A stretch of DNA of 64,000 nucleotides from Eledone cirrhosa (Eukaryota), in NCBI GenBank assembly GCA_964016885.1, contig OZ024759.1:10726001-10790000 (forward strand). Reading direction: 5' to 3'. Below the pieces are notes generated by a model. It made no database searches. It saw nothing but the letters and a program-made list of their open reading frames with translations, and was not told where the DNA came from. Shown in pieces: positions 12,362-25,944 of the stretch (positions within the stretch are counted from its first letter, which is position 1; every line of letters starts with the position of its first letter). Both the position numbers and the translations under genes were made by a program.

Positions 12362-14096
12362 ATTGTGTAGAAAGAAAGGATGGTACTCATCGCAAGTCAT
12401 TTTATCCCTTCCTGAGAACTTTAAAACAAAAGCCAACGTTGTTATGTACGTTTACAATGGACCTGCTAAACCCAATTCTGTGTTTAAATGGGTAAAGAAC
12501 AAACTGAATCGGAAAGTGAAACAAATTGCCGACTATGATGAACTAAAGCGAGAGTGGCTTTCGTTCCAGAAAAAATATGAAATCCGAGTTGTCCTATTCA
12601 CAGAACTGGCATCTATTCCTCTCATTTTCTCTGCTCTCAGTGTTAAGTTTCCAGGTCGGGTGCGTTTTGGCACTATGAATTCGAAATCTGGATCGGGAAA
12701 AGAAACTCTAGCTCGTCTGAAACTAAAACCTCCCGCATGCTTTGTGATAGCTCCTGGCAAGACACTTGTTTATGGCACGCGGCCAGGGGAATTGTTGACA
12801 TTTCGATCAATGGAAAATTTCCTCAAGTGTTTATACCCTGAAGTGAACGACTTCTTTATTTTAAGTTTAATAGTCACCAACTTAATGGGTTGGTTTGAAT
12901 TGTTCCTCAGTCAAGGAAGCGTGTTTCGTCGACTGGTTCGCCTTATCTGCTGTTGTATCAAATACAATATTGTGCTTATTATCTTGTGGCAGCCTCTACT
13001 AGCACTCTTTCAATTGTCTTATTTTGAAATACTATTGGAATGGGGTTTGTTGGCATTACATTTCCTCAGTGGCTCATCAATTGGAAGCATCATTCGAAAA
13101 GATCTCATTTTTTACAGTAACAGCCGATATCTACTTTTGGGGACATTTTTTCTGTACTCTATCCTGGTCGGTTACATCCAGTACAGACGGAAAAATGGTA
13201 TGGTTGACGAAGACGAATTTGACTGGTTCAACTTTGCTCAGCTGTTAAATTTTAACCCCTGGTTAAATCCGTCTTTCCAAATTGTACATCCAGGGGGGTT
13301 TTACGGTATGTATCTGTTGGAGAGTAGCGACATGTTGTTTGGACACTTCCCCGACTTAGTTGTCACTGAATTGCAATCTGTGGTATCTAGTGAATACATC
13401 AAACACCTACCTCGATGGAAATACGGCAGAGTCGTTAGCCAAGGTGAAAATTCAAAACTAAAATGTTCTTCTCATAAAGACGATGGTGAAAATGTAAAAC
13501 AAACTGCCACCCCAACAAATCATGTATTTTGCTCAGGTTCACCTGATTTTGAATCTGGGGATAACCCTGCAATTCAAATGATGGATGGAAATTACTGCTG
13601 TGGTTGTACGCAAAGGAATACGGGCTCTTCTGAATCTTGTGTCTCTTCTACGTCTCCTCGACAAAGTATGTCCGAGGGACAACAATATCATAAACCAACT
13701 CAAGTCTACTGTGCTTTACACAAAAGAGAACACTCTACTGTCTCCTCCACCTCCGACACAGATGAACACAAACACAATCCTTCTCAGTGTTCCCCCTCTT
13801 CCTCCTCCTCGTGGAAGGTCAACAACGGTAAAGAAACGAATCATCTCGTCTGCTCTGAAAATTACAAGTTGGTGCCTGCTGGCTTTCTACAGACTAACCA
13901 ATGTGTGATATGTTTGGAAGATTTTGTAACTGGCACTGATATCTGTGGCCTTCCTTGTGCTCATTACTTTCATGAATACTGTATATTACGTTGGTTGTAT
14001 AGAATGAGTTACGCATGCCCGATGTGTCGATGGCTGTCGTACAATCCTAAACCAGGATTGGACTTGTGTGAAATTTTCTCTTCGGTACCTAACTAA
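12362..14096 (+). CDS. RNF103: RNF103 coding exon 3 (TM segments and C-terminal RING-H2)
   Basis: Acceptor tcttattccag|A; long ORF with SALSVKFPGRVRFG, hydrophobic segments and CVICLEDF...LPCAHYFHEYCILRWL...CPMCR; joined CDS is 2211 nt (736 aa + stop). Confidence 0.95.
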
Positions 14097-15667
14097 ATGC
14101 AACAATTAATGCAGTTATTATTGTTTTATTCTATTTGACTTTGGCAAAAACAAAAGGACATTGGTCATTCATCTTTATCTTGTATTATTATTATTAATAA
14201 TTTCAAGGGTGGTAGATTGGCAGTGTCGGTAGAGCGTCAGACAAAATGCTTTACAGCATAGACTTGCGTTCTAAGTTCAAATCCCGCCATGGTTAGCTTT
14301 GCCTTTCATCCTTTCGGGGGTCGATAAGATAAAGTACCAGTCACTCACTAGGGTTGATTTAAGCGACTCCCCCCATATTGCTGGCTTTGTGCCTAATGTA
14401 GAAATCATCATTATTAATTTCAGGCAGGGGTGATGGATTGGCAGAATCGGTAGAGCGTCGGAACGTATGAAATACCACTGCAGTATTTGTTCCGACTCTT
14501 TACATTCTGAGCTCAAACCCCCACCAAGGTCAACTTTGCCTTTCATCCTTCTGGGGTCGATAACATAAAGTACCAATCAAATGCTGGGGTTGATATGATC
14601 AACTTTGCTGGCCTTGTGCCAAAATAGAGTTAATTTTAGGGGTTCTCATTAGTCTTAGAAGAGGCTAAGTTCAGCTTTTGAATAATGATTATAATAATAG
14701 CAATTTTATTATTTAACCTCTCTTTTCCATGTGTGCATGGGTTAGATAGGTTTGTCATGTTATGAAGTTAGCCAGGTCAGGTGACCATATCTTGCCCAGA
14801 CAATCCAACTTTGACTTGGGTTTTCTAAAACTAGATGCCCGTCCGAACACTGACCACTTTACAGCATGTATTGGGAGCTTTTTGTCATGGCACTAGCACA
14901 CCCCTTTACAGAGTGAACTGGCTGCTTTTCATCATGGCACAAGTATAACCACCTAACAACCAACAGATAGTATCAGCAATGGAAAGATTAATGGAAACAT
15001 TGTTTCCTTGGTCCAATCTGATGATTCCTTTCACCTACCAAGTGTTATGACCAGCAGATCATATCAGCTGTGGTAAGACCAATGGAAACATTATTTCTTC
15101 GATTTGATCTGATGATCAACTTTTTATCATTTGCCAGATGTTACGACCAGCAGTATCAGCTATGGAAACATGACTTCTTTGGTCCAATTTGATAATCATC
15201 TCTATTATTTATTTATTTTATTTTTTTAAAGAATATTATAGTTGGGATTTTAACGCTATTTTCAAACATTGTAAGTCCTATCTTTAAGAATTAAGCTTCT
15301 CTAGCACCGTAGTCTTACAGTAATTTTAGGGGTGCTATCGGCAACTCTATTCCAGGGAGTAGTGATGTATTGGCAGTAGAGCATCAGATTTAATGCCTTG
15401 CAGTATTTCTTTTGGCTCACTATGTTCTGAGTTCAAATCCTGCTGAGGTCAACTTTGCCTTTCATCTTTGCAGGGGAAAAGGGGACAGGTTATAAAGTAA
15501 AATACCAGTCCAGAGTGATAGTTTGGCATAATAACAACTATTAGATAGAGAGCATTAGAATATGTGTTCTGGTTTTGTGCATTTTCAGTTTAAATCCCCT
15601 TTCTGATCATAAGAAAAAGAAGTTATATAAGAAGAGTGGAAATGTAGTTTTTACAGGTTTTTTTTAA

Positions 15668-15943
15668 CCCTTTAGCATTTAAACCAGCCATGTCCAGCCA
15701 GAATTCTCTCACCTCTTTCTGTTCAAACTGGCTGTAACCGGCCACTCATACTGATGTTAAGGTATTCTTCTCAAAATAAATAACATCAGAATCTCATAGA
15801 TATTATGAGAAGTAAAGCCTTTACTGTAAAAATATAATAGTATATATAGAGTAATGTAAATGTTATGTGAGATATTATGGGAGGTAAAGCCTTTACCTCA
15901 CATAATATAATAGTATATATAGAGTAATGTAAATGCTAAAGGG
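15668..15943. mobile_element. piggyBac-type MITE
   Basis: TTAA on both sides; TIR CCCTTTAGCATTTA / TAAATGCTAAAGGG. Confidence 0.8.
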
Positions 15944-16349
15944 TTAAATTTAATTTAAGATACAAACCCGTCATCTAAACTTTCAGTTATTTTTAGTATT
16001 TAAACCGGTACCATTTTCACCAACATAGAGCATTACTATGGCCATTCTTTGATTTTAACGCTGAGGAGTAATATTTCTAATTTTTTCTTCAAATGCCAAA
16101 AGGTTTATTAACATTTGAAAGCTTCATTATGAAACGGTCGTCTTTATCTTTTCCTTTCCCTCTTGAAATGTCAAGATTCCTGTGATGTATTAAGGTCAGT
16201 GAAGGAAGAGATTAACAGCCACATGGTCCTGGCTTCAGTCATGCAGCATAGCACAGCATATTGGGCAGGGGTGTCCTCTACTATAGTCTTGGGTTGACAA
16301 ATGTCTTCTCAGTGGAAACTGCAGAACACCATCGCCTGCATGTGTATGC

Positions 16350-16398
<49 letters not shown>

Positions 16399-16747
16399 TA
16401 AGGGATAACAAATTATCGTTAGAGGTTGTGAATACTCCGTAATGTGGATAGTTTTAGCGTATGCCGTTGTTTGACTCAACAAGAGGATTCCTAAGGTAGC
16501 AAGTTCTCGGGAGTTCCTATGTAAGTTAATCTTGGAGTAATGATAGTGAAAGAGTGAAGAATAACATGGTCAACAGTACAAAAAGGGTTTTATTTACAAT
16601 ATTAACAACTGTTTCATTGATTAAGTTGTCTAAAAATTGCTAATCACTTGAAGTTGTGTCACTCAATTTTAAATACAATGTATGCCTAATTAAATCATCG
16701 GAAAAACTGTTGTAATTTGAATTTGCAAACGCTGTGTATAATTTTAA

Positions 16748-16862
16748 ACAGTTTTTCTGATGATTTGGTTAAGCATACATTGTATTTAAAATTGAGTGAC
16801 ACAACTTCAAGTGATTAGCAATTTTTAGACAACTTAATCAATGAAACAATTGTTAATATTGT
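16748..16862 (+). ncRNA. Hammerhead motif with long helix II insert within the fold-back 16543-16915
   Basis: ACAGTTTTT-CTGATGA-T-TTGGTTAAG...CTTAATCAA-T-GAAACAATTGTT-AATATTGT; the opposite arm carries a mutated CCGATGA copy. Confidence 0.65.
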
Positions 16863-17044
16863 AAATAAAACCCTTTTTGTACTGTTGACCATGTTATTCT
16901 TCACTCTTTCACTATATATGTATATATGCATGAGTCTGTGTGTGTGTGTGTGTATATACATATGTGTGTGTATATGTATATTTACTTTATCTAAAATCAA
17001 TCCCAGTATTTATTTTGTGGAACTGCTGAGTTACTGGACAGAAA

Positions 17045-17380
17045 TCATCATCATCATCATTTTACGTCCGCTTTTCCCTGCTTGCAAGGGTGGGACGGGA
17101 ACTGATTCTGGCTTGATTTCTACAGCTGGATGCCCTTCCTAACACCAACCTCATTTACAGTGAGTGCTGGGTGCTTTTTTACCGTGGCACCTCCACGACC
17201 ACTTTGCAGTGGAATGATAGGGACCCCAGTCCTATCATCTCATTTCTACAGCTGAGTAAACTGGAGCAATGTGAAATAAAGTGTCTTGCTCAAGGAAACA
17301 ACACATCACTCGGTCCAAGAATTGAACTCACAACCTTTCGATTGCAAGGCCAATGCTCTAACCACTAAGTCATGTGCCTC
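17045..17380 (-). mobile_element. Same SINE family
   Basis: Near-identical to 10855-11180. Confidence 0.85.
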
Positions 17381-17902
17381 CATTAATATAAGCACATATG
17401 CACACACACACACATATATATCTCATCATTTAACATCCATTTTCCATGAAAGCATAGATTATATATATATATATATAATTATAATTGAATATAAAAGAAA
17501 AACGAACACAGATATATACATATATGTGTTCAAATCGCAAGGGACCAGATTCGAAAAGAATACTAACTGTAGACAATTGGGTTTGCCTGTCCCAATTTAA
17601 GAATAAATCAAGAAAATAAATACAACAACAAGTTGTCTGGGTGATTGGTAGTTACAATTCCGGTTTGTATTTATTTTCTTGAGTTTTTTTCTTAAATTAA
17701 GACAAGCGAATCCAATTGTCTATAGTTAGTATTCTTTTCACCTTAGCGAATCGGGTCCCTTACGATTTTAACAGATATATCTATATATCTGTGTTCGTTT
17801 TTCTTTTATATTCTATTATAATATACGGCTCAGAAATATCTCTTTCTTAGAGCTATTTTATTGTAAGAGACTATTTTGGGTTCCTAACTCAATATATACC
17901 TT

Positions 17903-17944
<42 letters not shown>

Positions 17945-18059
17945 CCACACATGTATACAGGCTCATGCATATATATATATATATATATGCATGAGTATGT
18001 ATGTGTGTGTGTATATGTATGTTTATATATATATACATGTGTGTATGTGTATATATATA

Positions 18060-18372
18060 TCATTTTACGTCCGCTTTTCCCTGCTTGCAAGGGTGGGACG
18101 GGAACTGATTTCTACAGCTGGATGCCCTTCCTAACATCAACCTCATTTACAGTGAGTGCTGGGTGCTTTTTTGCCGTGGCGCCTCCACAACCACTTTGCA
18201 GTGGAATGATAGGGACCCCAGTCCCTATCATCTCATTTCTACAGCTGAGTAAACTGGAGCAATGTGAAATAAAGTGTCTTGCTCAAGGAAACAACACATC
18301 ACCCGGTCTGAGGATTGAACTCACAACCTTTCGATTGCAAGGCCAATGCTCTAACCACTAAGCCATGTGCCT

Positions 18373-18375
<3 letters not shown>
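18060..18375 (-). mobile_element. Same SINE family
   Basis: Near-identical to 10855-11180. Confidence 0.85.
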
Positions 18376-18427
<52 letters not shown>

Positions 18428-18604
18428 CTGTGCTAGCATGGAAAATGAATGTTAAATGATGATGAGGTGTGTGTGCTTATATTTCTGTCCAGTAACTCAG
18501 CAGTTCCACAGAATAAATACTGGGTAGTGCTGCATGGCCACAGTCTGTTGACTGACATCAGTAAAAGAATTAAACTATATATACTTGTGTATAAGTCAGT
18601 TCTC

Positions 18605-19450
18605 AATACAACCTTGTAGGAGGCGAGCTAACCTACATTGGTGTGAGCTGTGACATATGGAGTCCCTATATTTAAAATACCGGCGAAACCTATGAGATAC
18701 AACCTCCTATGTGGTCAGCTAAACCTACATAGGTGTGCGCTGTAACATATGACAGGAGACCCTATCATTAAAACACTCAAGAAACCTCACCTATGAGATA
18801 CAACCTTGTAGGAGACCAGCTAAAGATACCTAGGTGTGAGCTGTAACAACATAATAGGACTGGGGTCGCTACCCTTAAAACCCAAGTCCTATGAGATCAG
18901 CTAAAGATATATAGGTGTGAGCTGTAACAACATGATAGGACTGGGGTCGCTACCCTTAAAACCCAAGTCCTATGAGATACAACTTTGTAGGAGACCAGCT
19001 AAAGATACATTGGTGTGAGCTGTAACAACATAATAGGACTGGGGTTGCTACCCTTAAAACCCAAGTACTATGAGATACAACCTTGTAGGAGACCAGCTAA
19101 AGATATATAGGTGTGAGCTGTAACATGATAGGACTGGGGTCTCTATCATTGAAACACCCAAGAAACCTTGTATGAAATACAATTTTGTGGAAGGTCAACT
19201 AAACATACATAACTGTGAGCTGTAACGATTGGGCTGGTGATCCTATCATTAAAACACCAGAGATACAACCTTGTAGGGGGCTAGCTAAACCTACAAAGGT
19301 GTGAACTGTAACATGATTGGACTGGGACCTCTATCATTGAAACACCAGAGAAATCTATAAGATCTAAACTGTGTGACCTAGAAGACCCAAGAAACTTATG
19401 AGATTGCACCTCGTACAAGGTCAAATCAATGTGAACAGGTGAGAATCATG
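18605..19450 (-). repeat. Diverged ~100-bp tandem array, inverted homolog of 42040-43170
   Basis: caaccttgtaggagaccagctaaa...ggtgtgagctgtaaca..ataggactggggt units. Confidence 0.8.
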
Positions 19451-19469
19451 GCACCACTCACATCTTGTA

Positions 19470-19890
19470 CCACATTAGCAAGTACAAAATAGCCCTATGA
19501 CTGCATCACATTAAATATTAAGGTCTTTACTATAATACTGTAAATTTCCACAACAATCTGTCTTCTAGTAAAGATACTATAAACATTTGAATTTACCAAC
19601 CACATTAATAAGATATTCTAGAAAAGTACAAAACAGTACTCTGCTTGTATCACATTAAATATTAGTCTACTTTAAAACTGCAAATTTTCACAATGTCCAT
19701 TAGTAAAGATACCAGAAACTAAATGGAACCACATTAACAAAACATTGCAGTAAAGTACAAAACACTATAACTATATTAATTATATCACATTAACTATTAA
19801 AGTCTTTACTCCAAAACTAAATGTTAACAACAATCTGTCCACTAGTAAAGATACTATAAACATTTGAACTAACACCGCATTAGCATGCTG
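19470..19890. repeat. Diverged ~130-bp tandem units; relatives at 32770-32970 and 58540-58740
   Basis: ccacatta...agtacaaaa...cacattaaatatt...ctagtaaagatact recurrence. Confidence 0.6.
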
Positions 19891-20819
19891 TAAAATGGAG
19901 GTGATGGGAGTGGCATTCAGCCATTTAAAAACTATGCCAATGTATGGGGTGGAGAGGACCCTGAGTCCAGTAAGACAACCTCTCTACTGCTGGTGGCATG
20001 GATAAAAGCACCCAGTCCATACTGTAAACTGGTGTTGGTGATAGAAAGGGCACCAACCAGTATATTATGAATGTCAAATTATGAACACAAATATAATGAT
20101 GATTAACAAGACAAATATGAAACAAATTCTTGATTATTTTCTAAGTCATTTGAAGATTTTGACAGTGTCTGTCATTAGAAATATAACAAAAGAACTGTAT
20201 CTACATGAATACTTAATACTGACTACAACAAACTCGTCTGAGGTGGGTGGTGAAGATGTTTTATATATATATATACAGACGAGCTGAAGCATATAGACAA
20301 TATGCCCTCCCACTGTGTAGTGGTTGTGTAGATGCCATGACAAAAAAGCACCCAGTCCACACAGTAAAGTGGTTGTGTAGGCGCCACAATAAAAAGGCAC
20401 CCAGTCCACACCAAATGAGGTTGGTATTAGGAAGGGCATCCAGCTGTAGAAATCAAGCCAGAATCAGTCCTGTATGAGCAAGACATGTTCACCCTACCTG
20501 GCATTGCCCACCTGTCTAACCTATGCTAGTGTGGAAGAATGGACATAAAATGATGATGTATGTATATAAATCAGCATATAGAGAGAAATACACATATTTG
20601 AACACATATCTCTGTGTACTTCTCTCTATATACTAATTTATAGAGCTCATTAAATCATGGAGGGATGATTGTGGATCTTTAACTCCACTTTGTAATTTTA
20701 TATATATATGTTCAAAAGGTTTTATGAATCATCATAATATTGAATTCGGTTTAACGATTTTGATGTCAAAACTGGCTCCAGTTTAAAGGGTTCTTTTTTT
20801 TTTTAAATTAATATTTTCA

Positions 20820-21815
20820 AACATAACTATATAATAGTGAAATTGTGTACAGTGCTCAGGTGCACTACAACTCATCCAAGGTGCATGTATAGTACATAGA
20901 ATAATGTACAAATGTCAGGAAAGTGAACAGGGTATACATGTGTGCATGCTTGTGGAGGGGGGGGACATCAAGTGTAGTGTTGGCGAATCTCAGGAAGCAT
21001 GGAGGTTTTAAAGGATGCAGAGTCTCGACAGCTAACAACTGATGCAGGGAGTTTGTTCCATGTAGGTTTTTAAAGGATGCAGTGTCTCGACAGCTAACAA
21101 CTGATGCAGGTAGTTTGTTGCATGCTTCAGCATGAAAAAATGTTTCCGAAAGTCATTGGAGCTGTGCTGTCTTCTGACTTTGTAGGCATGCCCACGTATG
21201 TTAGACACATGGAATTCAAAAAGGTGCTCAGGGTTGTTGTTGGCAAGATGGTTAATAATTTTGTGGGTGTCAACCAAGTCAGTTGCCAGACGTCAGAGCT
21301 TCAATGTATCCATGCCCAGGGAAGCAAGGCATTCAGAGTATGGTAGATGCCTGATGGAGGGTATTTGCTTGGTTGCATATCTCTGGACAGTTTCCAGGAG
21401 GTCAATGTTCTGAGCAAGGTAGTGGTTCCAGACTGGTGATGCAAATTCTAAGTGCAGACAGACCATAGCTATATACAGCTTTAAATAGATAGCTATACTT
21501 GCTGAGTGATGCCAAGATACCCTCGACCTTCTTGACAATTTTAGAGACGTGCTTTGTCCAACGCAAATCGCTACTGACAATAATGCTCAGGTCACATTCA
21601 CAAGACTTCTTGATATTAGTGTTGTGGAGGGAGTATGTGGACGCGGGGTTTTTCCTCCCCAAATGCATGGTGGTACACTTGTCCACAGCCAGTCTGTCAT
21701 CCATTGCTGCATTGTGCCGAGGTCTGATTGCAGGAAGGATCTAGTGTTCAGGATGTCCTTTTTATCTCAAGGTACAGCTTAATGTCATCTGCATATTTCA
21801 GTACTATGGCATTAT
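20820..21815 (-). mobile_element. CR1-clade LINE 3' fragment (degenerate RT)
   Basis: YADD at about 21785-21795; HLGRKNP, DLSIIVSSDLRW, LEFASPVWNHYL..IDLLETVQRYATK; frameshifts. Confidence 0.85.
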
Positions 21816-23224
21816 TTAAGAACTGTTTAAGTTATCTTAGTAATGAAATTATTAATAATTTTAGTAAATCACTCAATAGTCTATAGAATAGAGTATATTT
21901 CACTAGAAATATTGTCACAAAAGGTTTTAAATTGATATCTTCCAACATAATTTTATATAAGAACCTTATGGTAAGTTACTTTCTTAATAATGAATTATTT
22001 CAGTAAAACTCTAAAATAGTGTGTATACAATTAAAAATATCGTTTAACGTCTATTTTCCATGCTAGCATGGGTTAGACAAGTTGTCCTATTTGAGGCAAG
22101 TTGGGTCAGGGGACCGTGTCTTGCTCATATAGGACTGTTTCTGGCTAGATTTCTATGGCTGGACGCCCTTCCTAACGCCAACCACATTTAGTGTGGGCTG
22201 GGTGCCTTTAGTCGTGACACCTACATGACCACTTTACAGTGTGGACTGGGTGATTTTTGTAATGACACCTACACAACCACTTTACACTCTAAATAGCGGG
22301 TATATAAGTAGAAATACAAAATTCATAATAATAGGGTCCCTAAAATGTTGATCAGTTATTTTATGTTCAATATAGGAGTGAAGATAATTATATTTCTGTG
22401 AGAGAAAAAATGTAAATTCAGGATCACGTCAAATGTGGTCCCTTTAGGGATATAACATGCTGAATGTGGTCCCTCTAGTGATGTTACAGATCTTCCCTAT
22501 GGCGCTTGAGGGTATAAAAAAGATTGCACACCCCTCAACATAGATACATCTTGTTACAGTAGCAATATTTGGAATTGTGAAGCCAGAACACATACAGCTT
22601 TTTATTTATATATATACACACACATACAGCTTTATTTACATATATATATATATATATACAGTATATATATACACACACACAATTTTATTTACATACTGCA
22701 CAAGTTGACATTTGGAGCCTAGAAATCTCTCCAAAACCAGAGGTCAACTTGTCCACCAAATATAAAATGTGAACCTTTACCACTGAGGGGTAAACAGTGA
22801 AACTGCCTGCCTAACACTCGTTGTACACCATTTACCATAACTCTAGCAGCCCACTACAATTATTTCCTACTGAACCTCATATTGTTAAGACTATTTAACG
22901 TAGAGATTATAATAATATCAATGACTTGCCATAGCTAACAGGGTAGGTTACCATAGGGTAGATTACCATAGTTTAGGTTACCATAGGTTCGTTAATGTTA
23001 GGCTAGGGTGGTTTACTGAGAACTCACTTGCAACTGAAGTATTTTAGAAGTGTCTTAATCTTTAGCTCGGCACTAAATATTTTGGATTATTTCCCCTGCA
23101 ACTGCCTTATTTTTTGGGGGTCGGCTTATCTAGCGAATATAGACCTAAACCTGAATTACACTTCAGAATTCTAGAGGTCGACCTATGCACCAGATCGACT
23201 TGTACACTGGCATATATGGTATAT

Positions 23225-23231
23225 GGCTGTG

Positions 23232-23269
<38 letters not shown>

Positions 23270-23289
23270 GCTATATGTATATAGCTGTG

Positions 23290-23324
<35 letters not shown>

Positions 23325-23343
23325 CTATATGTATATAGCTGTG

Positions 23344-23378
<35 letters not shown>

Positions 23379-23397
23379 CTATATGTATATAGCTGTG

Positions 23398-23433
<36 letters not shown>

Positions 23434-23453
23434 GCTATATGTATATAGCTGTG

Positions 23454-23488
<35 letters not shown>

Positions 23489-23507
23489 CTATATGTATAT
23501 AGCTGTG

Positions 23508-23546
<39 letters not shown>

Positions 23547-23565
23547 CTATATGTATATAGCTGTG

Positions 23566-23597
<32 letters not shown>

Positions 23598-23612
23598 GCT
23601 ATATGTATATAG

Positions 23613-23666
<54 letters not shown>

Positions 23667-23685
23667 CTATATGTATATAGCTGTG

Positions 23686-23732
<47 letters not shown>

Positions 23733-23746
23733 CTATATGTATATAG

Positions 23747-23796
<50 letters not shown>

Positions 23797-23817
23797 CTAT
23801 ATGTATATAGCTGTGTG

Positions 23818-23855
<38 letters not shown>

Positions 23856-23875
23856 GCTATATGTATATAGCTGTG

Positions 23876-23906
<31 letters not shown>

Positions 23907-23971
23907 CTATATGTATATAGCTGTGTATATATATATATATATACACACACAGCTATATGTATATAGCTGTG

Positions 23972-24008
<37 letters not shown>

Positions 24009-24027
24009 CTATATGTATATAGCTGTG

Positions 24028-24061
<34 letters not shown>

Positions 24062-24076
24062 GCTATATGTATATAG

Positions 24077-24131
<55 letters not shown>

Positions 24132-24151
24132 GCTATATGTATATAGCTGTG

Positions 24152-24187
<36 letters not shown>

Positions 24188-24207
24188 GCTATATGTATAT
24201 AGCTGTG

Positions 24208-24242
<35 letters not shown>

Positions 24243-24261
24243 CTACATGTATATAGCTGTG

Positions 24262-24299
<38 letters not shown>

Positions 24300-24319
24300 G
24301 CTATATGTATATAGCTGTG

Positions 24320-24356
<37 letters not shown>

Positions 24357-24375
24357 CTATATGTATATAGCTGTG

Positions 24376-24408
<33 letters not shown>

Positions 24409-24429
24409 CTATATGTATATAGCTGTGTG

Positions 24430-24464
<35 letters not shown>

Positions 24465-24483
24465 CTATATGTATATAGCTGTG

Positions 24484-24522
<39 letters not shown>

Positions 24523-24541
24523 CTATATGTATATAGCTGTG

Positions 24542-24577
<36 letters not shown>

Positions 24578-24597
24578 GCTATATGTATATAGCTGTG

Positions 24598-24632
<35 letters not shown>

Positions 24633-24651
24633 CTATATGTATATAGCTGTG

Positions 24652-24687
<36 letters not shown>

Positions 24688-24707
24688 GCTATATGTATAT
24701 AGCTGTG

Positions 24708-24744
<37 letters not shown>

Positions 24745-24763
24745 CTATATGTATATAGCTGTG

Positions 24764-24799
<36 letters not shown>

Positions 24800-24819
24800 G
24801 CTATATGTATATAGCTGTG

Positions 24820-24850
<31 letters not shown>

Positions 24851-24869
24851 CTATATGTATATAGCTGTG

Positions 24870-24904
<35 letters not shown>

Positions 24905-24923
24905 CTATATGTATATAGCTGTG

Positions 24924-24955
<32 letters not shown>

Positions 24956-25025
24956 GCTATATGTATATAGCTGTGTATATATATATATATATACACACAC
25001 ACACAGCTATATGTATATAGCTGTG

Positions 25026-25056
<31 letters not shown>

Positions 25057-25075
25057 CTATATGTATATAGCTGTG

Positions 25076-25114
<39 letters not shown>

Positions 25115-25128
25115 CTATATGTATATAG

Positions 25129-25179
<51 letters not shown>

Positions 25180-25199
25180 GCTATATGTATATAGCTGTG

Positions 25200-25232
<33 letters not shown>

Positions 25233-25246
25233 CTATATGTATATAG

Positions 25247-25293
<47 letters not shown>

Positions 25294-25313
25294 GCTATAT
25301 GTATATAGCTGTG

Positions 25314-25348
<35 letters not shown>

Positions 25349-25367
25349 CTATATGTATATAGCTGTG

Positions 25368-25403
<36 letters not shown>

Positions 25404-25418
25404 GCTATATGTATATAG

Positions 25419-25466
<48 letters not shown>

Positions 25467-25485
25467 CTATATGTATATAGCTGTG

Positions 25486-25521
<36 letters not shown>

Positions 25522-25541
25522 GCTATATGTATATAGCTGTG

Positions 25542-25573
<32 letters not shown>

Positions 25574-25585
25574 GCTATATGTATA
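23225..25585. repeat. Compound satellite of about 40 bp: (TA)n(CA)n-GCTATATGTATATAGCTGTG
   Basis: Direct observation; each unit is near-palindromic. Confidence 0.95.
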
Positions 25586-25944
25586 TACTGAAATGCTTAT
25601 CCAAACACCTTCAAATTCTCAATTCACAAAAAGAAATTTAAAATACAAAAAAAATTTTAATTTAATTTGATACAGATTAGCATGAGTATGAAATAGTTCT
25701 ATTATATGTATATTGTATATATATGCATGTATGTATATTGTGCATATGTATGCATGTATGGAGCCGTAACTCCTGATGGAGTTGTAGGGGCACATATGGC
25801 AGGTGCTGGGCACTTTAAAATTGGTGGAAACCATTGAAGTTTGAACACGATTTATTTCAGAGAAAGAGAGAGAATGATAGCGGTATAGAGAAAGAATTAA
25901 CCCCAGTACAGGACTGGTACTTTTTTTATATCAACCTCAGAATG

